From Bigelowiella natans CCMP2755 (lineage: Eukaryota; Protista; Cercozoa), in NCBI GenBank assembly GCA_000320545.1, contig ADNK01001817.1, positions 62,001-126,000 of the forward strand: a DNA stretch of 64,000 nucleotides, given 5' to 3'. Below are positions 1-12,908 of this stretch, one piece after another. Under the pieces are notes generated by a model. That model did no database searches and was not told the origin of the DNA. It was given only the letters and a program-made list of their open reading frames with translations. Each line of letters opens with the position of its first letter. The first letter of the stretch is position 1. A program made the position numbers and the translations under genes.

Positions 1-110
1 CGCGATGCATGTGGCATCCCAAAGGACATGGATCATCTCCTGCAATGTCCAACACACAGTCGAGAACAAATCAGATTGCGCAATCAAATGCGCGCGATCA
101 TGAATCGCAA
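1..110 (+). mobile_element. Possible degenerate 3' remnant of a non-LTR retrotransposon (C2HC zinc-knuckle-like segment), truncated by the window edge
   Basis: Frame 1 reads RDACGIPKDMDHLLQCPTHSRE. This resembles the CxxC..H.L.CP.Y motif at LINE ORF2 C-termini, and it lies in a TpA-depleted intergenic tract. Confidence 0.3.
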
Positions 111-235
111 CGACGACACGAACCGGCTGACAAAGGCTGAAAAGGACTCCAGAACTGCTGCGCGCAGTGCGCGGCAACATCGGTCGCATGAGGACGCTTT
201 CAAATGCATGAAGCACGTGGTGGCAGAAACCAACA

Positions 236-325
236 GATGCAACATTGGCGCTGCAGCCGCTGCATTGCACAGCTACATCAGGATGACCATTGAAAAAATT
301 CAATTCTTCATTGCATCCGTCTCAT
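236..325 (+). repeat. Copy of ~90-bp dispersed spacer repeat
   Basis: gcaacattggcgctgcagccgctgcattgcacagctacatcaggatgaccattgaaaaaatt...ttcattgcatccgtctca aligns by eye with copies at ~41945, ~53500 and ~59285. Confidence 0.9.
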
Positions 326-718
326 GTGTGTGTGCATGTGTGCTAGCATGCGTGCGTGAGCGCACATAGCTAGCTGTAGCTAGCTAGCTAGCATTGCGTG
401 GGTGATGCAGCAAGTTCTTGTTGAGCGCACTGTTTCATGGCATTTGCTCCAGTTAATTAGTGGCAGACACGCACGTGAACAAGATGCGCAGTGCAAGTAA
501 GCAGCGAAAATACGAAAGATCTCTGCTATGGGCGGCAAATATGTGGATTTATGCCAATAGCGCCAAAGTGTTGTGCTCGCTGATAAATAACTGTTTGACT
601 CGCATTACGTCCTTCGCAGCAGCGTCAATGAAAATTGTTTCTATCAAATTAAAATGATAGTCAACGTCGCATGTACCCACGCATGACATCAGTCCATTCA
701 GTAAACAAATTTGCTTCA

Positions 719-2283
719 TTAAATACGTTTATTTCTCTCTATGATGGCCACGTATGCCTCTTGGAAGAAATCGCCCGATTCCCCAAGTGAGCGGGAGGCA
801 ATGTTCCATAGACTCGGTACCAGACGACTCTTCGACTTATTCTTTCTCTGTTCGATAATGAAGTCCCCAACCTCAAGAATGTACCGTCGAGCCTAGGTTC
901 CCACAAGAAGTTAGATACATAATTCAAGTTCAAAGATGCAAAATGGACGTATGTAACTCATGGGAACAAAATTTCTCACCATCATCATAATCAATATCAT
1001 TAAAATCATCCTGTCCTCATTACGCGTCACTTCATTTTTCACTACCTTTTTCCCCTTGTCGTCATCCTCGGACAGATAACACTTACCACCGTATTTTTTT
1101 TTCAGCTTGCTGAGTAAAAATAAGATCCGCTCATTTTCATCCTTTTTGAGCATTTTAATCGCTTTTTTCTGCAGGTCGCCACCAACCACAACTCCTCTAC
1201 CGCCTCCTCCAGATGTATCACGGGTCTTCTTCTTCTTTTCGCCCTCTCTCCTGTCAGCCTTCTTATCTTTAACTCCGCCTGCCCCTCCTCCTTTTCTCTT
1301 TTTTGAGGCACTAGATTGCTTTTTCATTCTCTTCGAAGAGGTGGAAGAAGACGATGCCTGTTGGTGACCATTGTTGCTTTGGTCGTGGTCCTTCTTTCGT
1401 TTCTTGACTGTAGCACTGCTTGAACGTCGTTTTCTATCGATGGTCTTGGTGCCTGGCCGAACCTTTTTTTTTATCGTTTTTTTTCCGTTGCTGCGGTCGA
1501 GGTGCTCTAAGAGCCGCAGCACGCGATTCTTAAGCTGCGAGTTCTTGACAATTCGGACGTACTTCTTCTCCTTCTGCTGCTGTTGTTGTCCCTTGGTGAT
1601 AGTTGATTTATTCGCCTCTATCGCGGAGGAAGAGGAGGAGGTTGATTTGTGACCTAACGACGGTGGATTGCTAGACGCTGACTTGGGCGACGACGCCGAT
1701 GGCGTTCTACTCATATTATTTTTGCTACTATTACTGCTACTTTTACTACCACTATTAGTGTTGTTATTCTTATCACCAGTGGAACTACTATCATTGGCCA
1801 CTGCTGCTGCTGCTGTTTCTTTTTTTACCGACTGCTGTTGTTGCTTTAGCTGCTGCTGTTTTACGAGTTTATACAGGTGTTTCTTGAGTCCAAGACGACT
1901 GTCCTCAATAATATCGTCCCATGCATTCATTCCATGCACATAAACGCCGAGTAACAGCATAGAATCCTGGAGAGTACCCCAGGGCGGCCTGCACGGCCAG
2001 GTGACCTGACGTAGGCCAATAGCTCGAACGCGGTAGTTCATGAGACTCTGACCCTCCAGCTTCTTCAGCTCTTTATCAAGTGTCTCTCTTTCCTTCTTTC
2101 GCTGGATTAAGGCATCAGCGTCCACGTACTGCCCACGATACTTGAAGGCCGCGCGGAGCGTCTTCTTCTTGGTCGAGGTGGAAGATGATGTGGCGCTATT
2201 CGCTCCTCCTTCTCCTCCTCCTCCCACTTGTTCGTTGCTACCATTATGATTGTTACTACCAGTTGGATTTGCTACCTTCTTTT

Positions 2284-2318
<35 letters not shown>

Positions 2319-5007
2319 TTCTTTTTTAGCTGCTGCTGCTGAAGTTTTCGCTGCTCCTTGACCTTTTTAACTTCCTCCTCTGCCAAGCTAAGCATTTTCT
2401 CGGCCTCGGAAAGGACGAGCTTTATGAAGTTTTCATCCAGCACACGATCCTTCCAGACTATCTCGCGCAGCCACTTGAGTGCATGATCTGCGTTGCCAAA
2501 GCGAGCCAGACCCTTGTACAGCTGCGTCGTCTGCTTTTTGCTCAACGTACTGTCTTTCTTTCGCTTTTTCCTTATCACTGCATCATCGCTGTCATCACCA
2601 TCACTGTCATCGTCATAATCACTGTCATTGTCATTCTCATTGTGGTGTAACGTATCGCCGTAGCGTTTTACTTGGCGGCGCTGGCGTGGGGCTAGCAAGG
2701 TGATCTCATTAGCGAGTCCTTTCTGATCCTCTGGAATGAGGTGGTCCGGAACGATATCGTCCCAGGCTCCTTCCTCATCGTCTGACTCCTCAAGCTTCAC
2801 TTTCACTTCCGCTGCCATTTCGTTAGTTTTGAATTCGGCTACGTTAAATTGGGAGAGCAACGAGTCTGCCTGGGTCTCTTCCTCAGCATCATTATTTTTA
2901 GTTTCTGCTCTGCGAAGGATCTCGTCGAGATCCATGTCCTCCTCAACGTTTTCATTCTCTTTGTTGTCCGTCGAAGAAGAAAGGGATGCCTCCGCTCCTC
3001 CTCCTCCCCCCCCCCCCCCTTTCCCATCTTCGTTCTTTTTATCCTCCTTATCCTTTGCCCTATCTTTGGCAAAGAGCTTCCTCGCCCCAAACTTAAGGAT
3101 CTTCGTCAGATCTTTGCAGGAGAATGCATTAGTTTTCCTTTTATTATTGCTGACTCGGAGACGACCGGAGGTGTCCATCTGTTGGATGACAAGATGGTCG
3201 AGGATCATCTTCTTCTTGGCCCTCTCCAGGATCTTCTCTTCAACGGTTTCCTTGGTCACAAATCGGTAGATGTTGACGTGGCGCTTCTGTCCAATACGGT
3301 GAGCACGTGCCATTGCCTGCAAATCGTTCTGTGGATTCCAATCACTGTCGAAGATCACCACAGTGTCGGCGGTTGCGAGATTCACTCCCAAGCCCCCTGC
3401 CCTCGTGGAAAGTAGAAAGGCAAAATCCTCAGAATCTTTCTTGTTGAAGTGATTCATCGCCTGCTGTCGCTCACGGCTTGGCATCGAACCATCTAACCTC
3501 TGAAAGCGATGACCACAGGCCTGCAAGTACTGTGCAAGGATATCGAGCATCCTCACCATCTGCGAGAAAATCAGCACACGATTCCCATCCTTTTTGAGTC
3601 GATCTAGCAACTTATGCAGAAGCACCATCTTGCCCGAGTGTGTGATGATCGCACGAAGCTGTGCAGCCTTGAAGCTCATCTTATCGGCCATTTGCTGCTT
3701 TATCATCTCATCCGCCTCGGCATTAGCAGCTGGGAGCAGGAAGGGATGGTTGCATACCTTCTTTAGCTCCATTACTGTATTCATTAGACTTTGCTTCCTG
3801 TCGCCCTTATTCAGCGCCTCGTAATTCTTGGCAATGATGATCTTGTAGAAGCGACGTTGCATCGGTGTCTGCTGGACCCTTAAGATACGCTCTGTCTTCT
3901 GCGGAAGAGATTTGAGCACTTCCCTCTTCACGCGGCGGAGAAGATACGGTTTTAACACACCGTGGAGGCTACCAATGTGCTTACCCTGGTCGATACTGTC
4001 ATATTTTTCCTCAAACTCGTCAAAGTCATTGAATTTCCTTGGATCAAGGAAATGCAGAAGACACCAGAGCTCCTTAAGTGTGTTCTGGAGTGGCGTACCT
4101 GTGATAAGCAGACGATTGCTAGTCTTGAAATCATCCAGAACCTCATACAGCTTCGAATTTTTGTCCTTAAGTCGATGTGCTTCGTCGACCAGGAGATAGC
4201 GCCATGAGATGTTCCCTAGATACGTTTTGTCTTTCTGAACAAGCTCGTAGGTTGTCACTAGCACGTTCAATCGGAACCGCCGCTGCCGGCCTTCCTGCTG
4301 ATAGAACTCGAAATCGCGGATGATACCTCGACTCTCCTTGTCCCCAACGTAAGTCACAACGTTAAGGAAAGGCGCCCACTTGGCGAATTCGTGACGCCAG
4401 GCGGGCAGTGTAGAGAGGGGGACGACCACCAAGAAGGGACCACAGAGATTCCTCTTCTGCGCAAGCACGCCCAGAAAGACAACGCACTGTATCGTTTTCC
4501 CAAGTCCCATTTCGTCCGCAAGGATAACGTTTGTGTGCTTTGACCAGCTATACATAAGCCAGTTCACCCCAGAAAGCTGATAGTCCCGCAGCTCGAGCCC
4601 CAAGGGGGCAAGCCATGATGGTTGCCGCTTCATCTCGGTGAAGGGCCGGGTTTTGTTCTGAGGCCAGGTGGTTTGCCTCGTCTTGCCTATACTATCCTCC
4701 CGTTCAATATACTGGTCGATCTTTTTCTGGTAGCCTCCAATATCTTTCTGAGCTTCCCAAGTGGCGTCAGCGTAGGGAAGGTTCTCCCATAGCACGAAGT
4801 ACTGCAAGGATATTACGAAGAAAACGAAGGTAATGGCAACAGCGACGGCAACGACAAAATATGATGGAGGGGAGGAAGACGGGGTGAGGGGGGGGGAAAC
4901 AAGGATAAAGGGTATTTTGGTCTGAGGAAGACAGAATTGGAGAGATTGAATGTAATTCTGTCCAAACCTCCATCGTTTAAGCGATTGGCAGAAAAATTAC
5001 ACTTTCC

Positions 5008-5050
<43 letters not shown>

Positions 5051-6439
5051 GTTTCTAACCTCAATCAATCCTGACTCGTCTTCACGTTCAGCAACGATAC
5101 GATCGACACGAGTGTATGCCTCTTGGAGGGCCTTCTTGGCCTCCCGCTCAACATTTTCCTGCTCACGATCCTCAGGATGCAGTGTCCTCATCCATCGCTC
5201 GTACTGGTCCTGCTTCTTAATATAATTTTGCAGCCGCTTATATCCCTTTAGTTGCCTCACCTGGTGGACAAAAGCAATTGGTGATAAGAATAATGGTGCG
5301 ACAAAGAGAAAAATACACTGCAAATAGGAACGTGACTATCCTTTCAAACATGTATAAACAAATGAGCAGTAAACGTCCAGGAAACAGAAGAGAGATATTC
5401 GAGGTCAGACAAGTGCTTCATCAAGCTTTCCAAGCAGGCATTGTTATTTCGTATTCTACCTCGCTTTCGACGACCCAGGTGTTGTGAAGGTGTGAGGTTC
5501 CTTTCCATTTGATCAGGTAGTGCCTGTCATTCTGTTTCATAAAACAAGAAACAAACTCTCTTGTATATATTCGAGAACAACTTGGAAAATAATGCATTAC
5601 ATCTATCAACTTGTGGTCCATGACGATCTCAATAACGTCACCATCCTCCTCCTCAGCCTTCTGTTTGGCCAAGGCGCGTGCAACGGCCCTGTCAAGTGGT
5701 AGCTACTTCAACGACTAGCAATAATGTTTCGCCTACAGAGGAATACTTTGCGAGTTTGACCCACCTGTCTTCTTCATCCATGAAATCGTCGCTATCTGAC
5801 TCAGCATATGATTTACGTTGCACTGCTCGTAAGGAACTGCCTGCCCGTCGATTTCGAAAATCCTGCGAAAATGTCAACATTTTGGATGAATATTGAGTTA
5901 CAATTTTTTTCTTGACATTTTGGAAGTTTACTTTCAGGTATATACAAATAGACATAGTGGTGAATAAACATAATTCTTTCCACCTCTTCTTCGTTTCTTC
6001 GCTGGGCTTCGGTTATTCTACGTTTCCGGCTCCTCCTTGATCCATATTCCTCGCTTTCCTCGCTGCTGGACTCATCGCTATCGTCCTGGTCATAGGCTCT
6101 ATTTCGTCTCTCCTTGTGTGTCGATTTCTAAGTATTAGTGATAGTTTCATAGGATCTGTAAGATAAGAGCAGAAAGACACCCATGCCAACTCGGATAGAT
6201 TTATGCAGAATGTGAAAAACACCAACATTCTAATAGAGAGGGAGAGTAACCTGAGGTTCGAAGCGCGTGATCGATTTGCGCCTCCGATCGCTCCTCCTAA
6301 CGAAGTCCCCACTCGAGAAACCCAAAGTAGCAAGTTGGGATTGAGTGATTTCAGCGGATGATTCCCCTTCGTGCACCTCCATCGGTTCACCATGAGCTGC
6401 GCGTCCGTCCTCCTCGTTCGAAGACGAGGAGTCAGACAT
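719..6439 (-). CDS. CHD1: CHD1/CHD2-like chromodomain-helicase DNA-binding chromatin remodeller (multi-exon)
   Basis: Tandem chromodomains (YLIKWKGTSHLHNTW; QYFVLWENLPYADATWE), SNF2 ATPase (ADEMGLGKT, DEAH, QAMARAHRIGQ) and SLIDE-like WGTLQDSMLLLGVYVHG. The last exon 892-719 (ARRYILEVGDFII..LWNIAS) resembles the CHD1 C-terminal helical domain. There is one ~3.8-kb exon at 1031-4805. Confidence 0.95.
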
Positions 6440-7236
6440 CCTGTGAAATGTAAAATGAGAAGGATTTAAGCGAAACAGCACTGTTTTATATGTTACTATT
6501 TACTACCTTCGAGTTTGTTAAAGAGGATTTCGTACTCTTTACTTGTATAGATCGGGCCGGAGGGTTTAGTGTGGTGAGGGGCAACTTTTAATTTTGCTTC
6601 TAGCAGTACATTGCAAATAATCCAAGAATTGGTTATATTTAGTTGTCGCTACCTAAAAAATACATAAATTATGCTTAGGATGTCTAGCGAACGCGTAAGA
6701 TTCAGTTTGGGCCTGAAGTTGGTGCATTTATGTCTTTTGATCTTTGAAATATTAAAGAACGACATTAATATTTTCATTCAATGCGAAATAATCACAAAGA
6801 GAAATTGTCATATGAATCCATATAATTATAAGTTTCGGCTGAAATTTAATACCGGTCGTCTCTCTGCAACAATGTCGATTTATCATGAATTTGTAATCGA
6901 TTTCATGCAAGAAAAGATACCCAAGTTGGGGCTTTTTGAATTTGTTGTCGTTATTTAAAAACAAATGGCATTAATGACATGCGATGCTGATGAGGTCGTT
7001 ACAACCAAAACCCCTGCATCCTGTCGTGTCACAATCGATTTGAGGGGAACAGATTCGTAAAACCAAAAAAGTAGGAAGTTCCCCGAATTATGGTTGTCGA
7101 AAGTGTTGAGTAGGACCATCAGAAGTTGGACAGATTAATGAGTAAATAAGTACTATTTGTCCGATATGTTTCGCTGTAATTATTTCCCATTACTACTTAC
7201 TGTTACGATTTCGCCTCAGGGAAAAGAAGAGCACTA

Positions 7237-7973
7237 ATGGCTCCCGAAGGATGGAGAAACGATGATGGTGCCAAATCCTGAAAAGAAAGAAGAAAGCTTT
7301 CTTCACTGGGGGAAATACTGATTCCATAAAGCTCCATAGAGCTTCTAGCTATCTTCTATCAATACCCAAGCATCAATGAACGTCCAGGTCATTGTTCGGG
7401 TACGGCCGCTACTTGCGAATGACAAGAAGTTTGCCAATCGACAAAAAAAGGAAGTGCAACGCCAGCAGAGGTAATGACACGCATACCAATGTATAGCTAG
7501 TTATCGGCGATTCATTAAAAAGGGATTACATGCTCAATGGTTCTAGTGTACGTGATGCAAATGTATGAAAGTGTTTCTCTCTCTCAATCTCAATCTCTCT
7601 CTCTCTGTTTGTGTGTGTGTGTGTGTGTGTGTGATTTATCTGAAAGAAGCGGTAAAGGACTACCTCATGACCTCCACAGCTGCGTGGATGCTGTTTCGAG
7701 TAATGCCCTCGAAGTGTCTTACCAACATCCTGTTAACGGTAAAGAACTCGTGAGGGAGTTTGCATTTGATAAGGTCATGAATCATAAGACTTCACAGAAA
7801 AACTTCTTCGAAACCTGTGGCATCAAGGAACTCATCCAGACCACGCTGCAAGGCTATGCTGCAGTCGTATTCGCATACGGACAGACGGGGAGTGGTAAAA
7901 CGTACACGATGTCAGGAAAAGAACAGCAGGTGTGTCTTCTGCAAGCAAGCGCATGGCAAACGGAGGAGGATGT

Positions 7974-8031
<58 letters not shown>

Positions 8032-9295
8032 AGGGGGGGGGGGGGGAAGGAGAGGGAGAGGGTGAAAGAGCGGGGGCGGGAAAGAGTAGTGAGAGCTTTC
8101 ACGCGGTGTCCTTCACATAACTATAAAATATTATTGATGGGTATTACAAAATGCTATTATGTCCTGACGCATGCGTTTATCATTGATTGGTATAAAGGTT
8201 GCTCAGGATGGATTTCGGTCGCCAGAGACAGATGGGCTAATCCCGCGTTCTTTGAGTTATCTCTACGCACAGATCTATGCAGCAAAGAAAGAGGGAAAGG
8301 AAGTCTCGATCAGCTCTTCGTAAGCGCGAATTTCACAGACTCTGAACATAAACTTAAAAACAGACGGGAGATTTAAATTTTCTTATTTTGTGTACCCATT
8401 AGGTATCTAGAAATTTACAACGAGCAAGTGTTTGACTTGCTAAGTAATGAAAGCAGCGCGCTGCCAGTTCGTTATCAGTTTGGGCGTGGGTTTTTCGTCG
8501 AACGACAGCTCATGGTGGAGTGCGAGGGCTTTGAGGATTTATGTGCAGTTGCTGCAGAAGGGTGCCTTCATACAGAACAACAGTTTTATTATTTTCTCAT
8601 TTTTCCCAGAGTAGCATGGTTTTGTTTTCCTCCTTTCACGATTTCCTAATTCCTTTCAACAGGAATGGTAAGGGAATGCTTTTTGGAAACTTGAACACTG
8701 AAATAGACATACAGCTTTGCTAGACATAATATGTAATATAGAGTTACCTAAAAATTCCGATTGATTCTTAACGGGTTTTTGTGAGAGGCTTTCTCATCAC
8801 GGACCTTTTCATTGATATTACTCTTCTAAGATATTTTATTATGCTCTCTTCTGCTCATGACACAGACACAACAACCGTACTGTTCGATCTCATTCGCTGA
8901 ACATGCACTCGAGTCGGAGTCACTCGCTGTTTACAGTGTACGTAGAAGTAAAGGATGAGGATGAGGAAGGTGAAGTCACCTCCGTTTACGGCAAGATTAC
9001 GTTTATCGACCTCGCCGGCAGTGAGAATGTGAAGCAGTCCCAGTCTGAGGGTGTGGCGCTAAAGGAGACTAATAACATCAATAAGAGTCTTTTCGCGCTA
9101 GGTAAGGTGATATCGGTATTGGCTGCTAAGCATGAAGGAAAACTAGGAGAGTTGGGTCACGTCCCGTACCGCGACTCTGTACTAACGAAGCTCCTAATGG
9201 ATAGTTTGGGAGGCAATGGGCTTGCCATGATGGTCGTTTATTCTAACGTCGCATCACCAAAGCAACAGCATCTTATATTCACGTATCGTCCATAT

Positions 9296-9337
<42 letters not shown>

Positions 9338-9931
9338 AATTATGTCTTTATTTTTCTTCCTTTCCTTTCCTGCAACAGATCGCGTGTTGCTCTCCTTCCA
9401 ACTTCCACTGCGACGAAACTCTCCGCACCTTGCAATACGCGACACGTGCGAAAAACATAAAGAACAGACCGGTGCAAAACGTCTCCCAACGTGGAAGTAG
9501 CGATGCCCAGCACCTTAAAAGCATGGTCAAGCGTCTGCAAAACGAGAATCACTATCTTCGTCAAATTCTCTCTGCAAACGGCATCGATGCACCCCCTCCC
9601 GGCAACATTCCGCTGTTATCACAGGCAGCAGCAGCCTATAATAGCAACAACGACATCAGTAGTCCTGAAGACGGATTACCGCCACGTCGGCCTATGAATC
9701 TTGCCAAGCTTGACACAAACTCCGGCAATTCTGCTATTTCACCTCAGAGCTCAGAATGGTGGAAGAAAGCAGCACTAAGCTTCCCAGATACGCCGGTTTG
9801 TGGATATCATCATAACCGCTTTTTATCTTGGTGTACAAATCTATTCATATCATAAGTTCCATTATTCCATTTTCGTGATAAAGTCTTACTCATTTTGTGG
9901 AAAGGGGGCAGATGAATTTGATCCCTCTCTT

Positions 9932-9962
<31 letters not shown>

Positions 9963-11037
9963 TTCTCTCACTCTCTCTCTCTCCTACTCTCTTTGTTCCC
10001 CTGCTCTCCCTTCCATTATTTCCATCTTTGATTTCTTTCCTTTGATGCGTACGTACACTCGCGTCATATCCAAGGCCGCGAATTTCCACGAGCAAACGGG
10101 AATGATACATAAGAGCCCTGTTGCGAGTTCATCAGCTGCAGGAGAAGAAGGGATCGGTACAGATGCAGAGAGCAAACTTAAAGATGGCGATGAGCGCGAT
10201 ATCATCGGCAGCCGCGAGAACTCCGTCCCGCAAGTCTATCGAGGCGACCCAAACAGCAGCAGGGGAAAGGAAAAAGTACTCGCGTTCACAGGAGCGAATT
10301 GCCCAAAGACTAGAGCGGCGCTCCTCACGCCGTAACATGCGAAGGTCACCAAGGAAGACAGGGGACCACGAAATAAGCGGCAACGGTGGCGGCGGAATAA
10401 AAGAAGCTGCTATAGCGGAGGACATGACTATTTCCCGGGAACAGAGGCTTGCACAAGAAAACAGACAGCTGAAAAGTCGTCTACATCGGCTCGAGACAAT
10501 TTTTGTCAAAGGCAAAGCCTCGACACCAGCTAGTATAAGTAGAAGAAGAGGAGAGATTGCTGTCAACACTGGCATCATCAACACTCCACCGGGATCTGCA
10601 AGAAGGGTGATGGGAAATGACCCCTCGACAAGTAACAAGCAACATCATAAACAACAACACGGATTCTGCGCTAGCGAAGACAAACAATGACCGTGATAAC
10701 TTCGAAGCTAATTCAGAAATCGATTCATTAATAAGAAGCGAGGAACAACGAAAACAACGAGTTGATTATATTTAAAGAGCTGTTTCAGTATTTTTCTTCT
10801 TTTGATGCTGTGTTTGTATCCAAAATTCGCACAGGCTCGAGCAATGAGGACGCCGCGGCTATCGTTTCAACAGATCCGCCAATGTCATCCGGTGACGGGG
10901 GAAGGGTGTCGTTAGGCATGGGCCGGTATAGTTCTGCAGGGTATAGACCGTCCTCTTTAGATATTCGCCCAACTAGAAGTCTCGGTAGTTCCAGAGCATC
11001 GACAATATATGGCAGCTTACAGGTTAAGCGTATTTAA
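7237..11037 (+). CDS. Kinesin motor protein, KIF12/kinesin-16-like (multi-exon; 3' end uncertain)
   Basis: NVQVIVRVRP, FAYGQTGSGKTYT (P-loop), SSRSHS (switch I), DLAGSE (switch II), HVPYRDSVLTKLLMDSLGGN and ETLRTLQYATRAKNIKN, followed by a coiled-coil tail. Confidence 0.9.
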
Positions 11038-11655
11038 TAGTTTCCTGAACTCATCCATCCATGTTAGGCCAGCAACACATTTATAGAAATTTTAAAAAGT
11101 ATGCTGTTTCGGCAAAAAAAACATTTCCGAGTCAGATGAAACGTCAAGCCCCGCAATACAAATCCCTGACTTGCAGTATTGTGTTAACATGTGATCAAGA
11201 GCCCTACCGAGATATCAGATTAAAATATTAAAAAAACACGTCTGTCAAGAGATTTTTTGCACCACGAGAGTAATAAAAATCCATCATGAGGAATCTTTTT
11301 CCGGGTTGTTTTTTGAATGTGCAAAATTAATATTTTATTTGGTAACTTCTTAGGGCCATCAACAGCAGCAACAACAACCACATCAGCAGCAAACACATCA
11401 TGGTTCATTTAGTGGGAGAAGCAGGTAAAGAATTCATTGGATTACTCTCTATTCTCCCCTTTTAGAATATATTAGCAAAAGTCGTACTTGCGTATGACAT
11501 TTGCCTTTATGCAATCTACTCAATCCTTTGACGAATTTAATTTTTCAGACTAGGAACTACGGGTTCGTCAGGCTCTATTAATGTTGTTACACCAAATCGT
11601 CTGCCATCTTACACTTCAGTGGTATGGTGCTGCAGAATTTAATCAACTGTGAGAT

Positions 11656-11697
<42 letters not shown>

Positions 11698-12702
11698 GCA
11701 CCCAGAATAAGAACGCAGACAAATATACACTCCCATGTATGTTGAGTTGAGAGAGATAGCGAGAGCAATGCAGCTGGTGATCTTTACAATTTGTATAAAA
11801 TGACGATGCACGACCAAGATAAGCATATATTACAAAAGGTTTCCTCTGCGAACCCAACTCCGGCCGTGTCTCGTGGTCCAACATCCCGTACTCCAACTAC
11901 TATTCCTGAAGTGAGAAATTCACAGTCCATTCGAGCGCATGTTTCAATGAACCACCCGTTCTTCGCAGACATAAGCTCCGATATGTAATTCAAGATGTAG
12001 TTTGGCGGAATACATTCTTGCTAGTGTTTTGACATAATTCAATATCACGGTTTGTATTTGATGAGTGCTGCTAGACCGATCCACACAGTGCACTTACAAA
12101 ACGTCGATGTTGCAGCTGCGCTAAGTAGCAATTCTAGATTTGAGCGTAATCGATGAGCTGATGTGGTAGCTTATTGACCTAGAGCTAGCTGGCGTGCATG
12201 CCGAACTCGTCAGTATATGCTAGCATGCTTGTGTACAATGCACACGCACCACAAGATTGAAAATAACCCAAAAATTGCTAAAATGCCATTACGCTACACA
12301 CTAGCTCTAGCTAGTCTAGCTAGCACATATTCCACTCTAGCAATTACTCTAGCCTCAAAAATACACATCGTATTATTGCAGCATCTTGTTGTCATTGCAT
12401 GCACATTGCATCTACCAAGCAAGCTAGCAAGCTAGCCAAAGAATACGAAATGGCTGAAAAGTATTTTCAAGTGACCTCGCTAGCTCGCTCGATGAATCCG
12501 CAACGCGCTCCATGCAGTTACGTTACGCACTTGACGTATAATAAGCTAGCTAGCTAGTAGTGCCATAGTCTATAGTGCGAGCGACGACCCGTGATTGCTA
12601 CTTGCAGCGCATTCACTGCACTAGAGCACTACACATATACGTATAATAGAATCTACTGCATGTGTGATATTTTGTCCCGTATACGCGATGTTAAAGCCAT
12701 GA

Positions 12703-12866
12703 TCATGACGCATCCTGATCAGAGAAATACTTTTGAATTCTTTCTATCAAGTCTGCCTTCTTTCCGCTCAATGCAAGGTCCTTGGCTCGTAGGAAATCCT
12801 TCAATTGTGCAACCTTTCGAATGCCACATCATGCGTTTTGTACGGTATGATCTACCACGTGTGTGC

Positions 12867-12908
<42 letters not shown>

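Noticed and set aside
11587-11993. Short minus-strand ORFs in the kinesin-Ku70 spacer
   Set aside because: There is no recognisable domain or coherent exon chain. This remains unresolved, and a real gene here would break the alternation.
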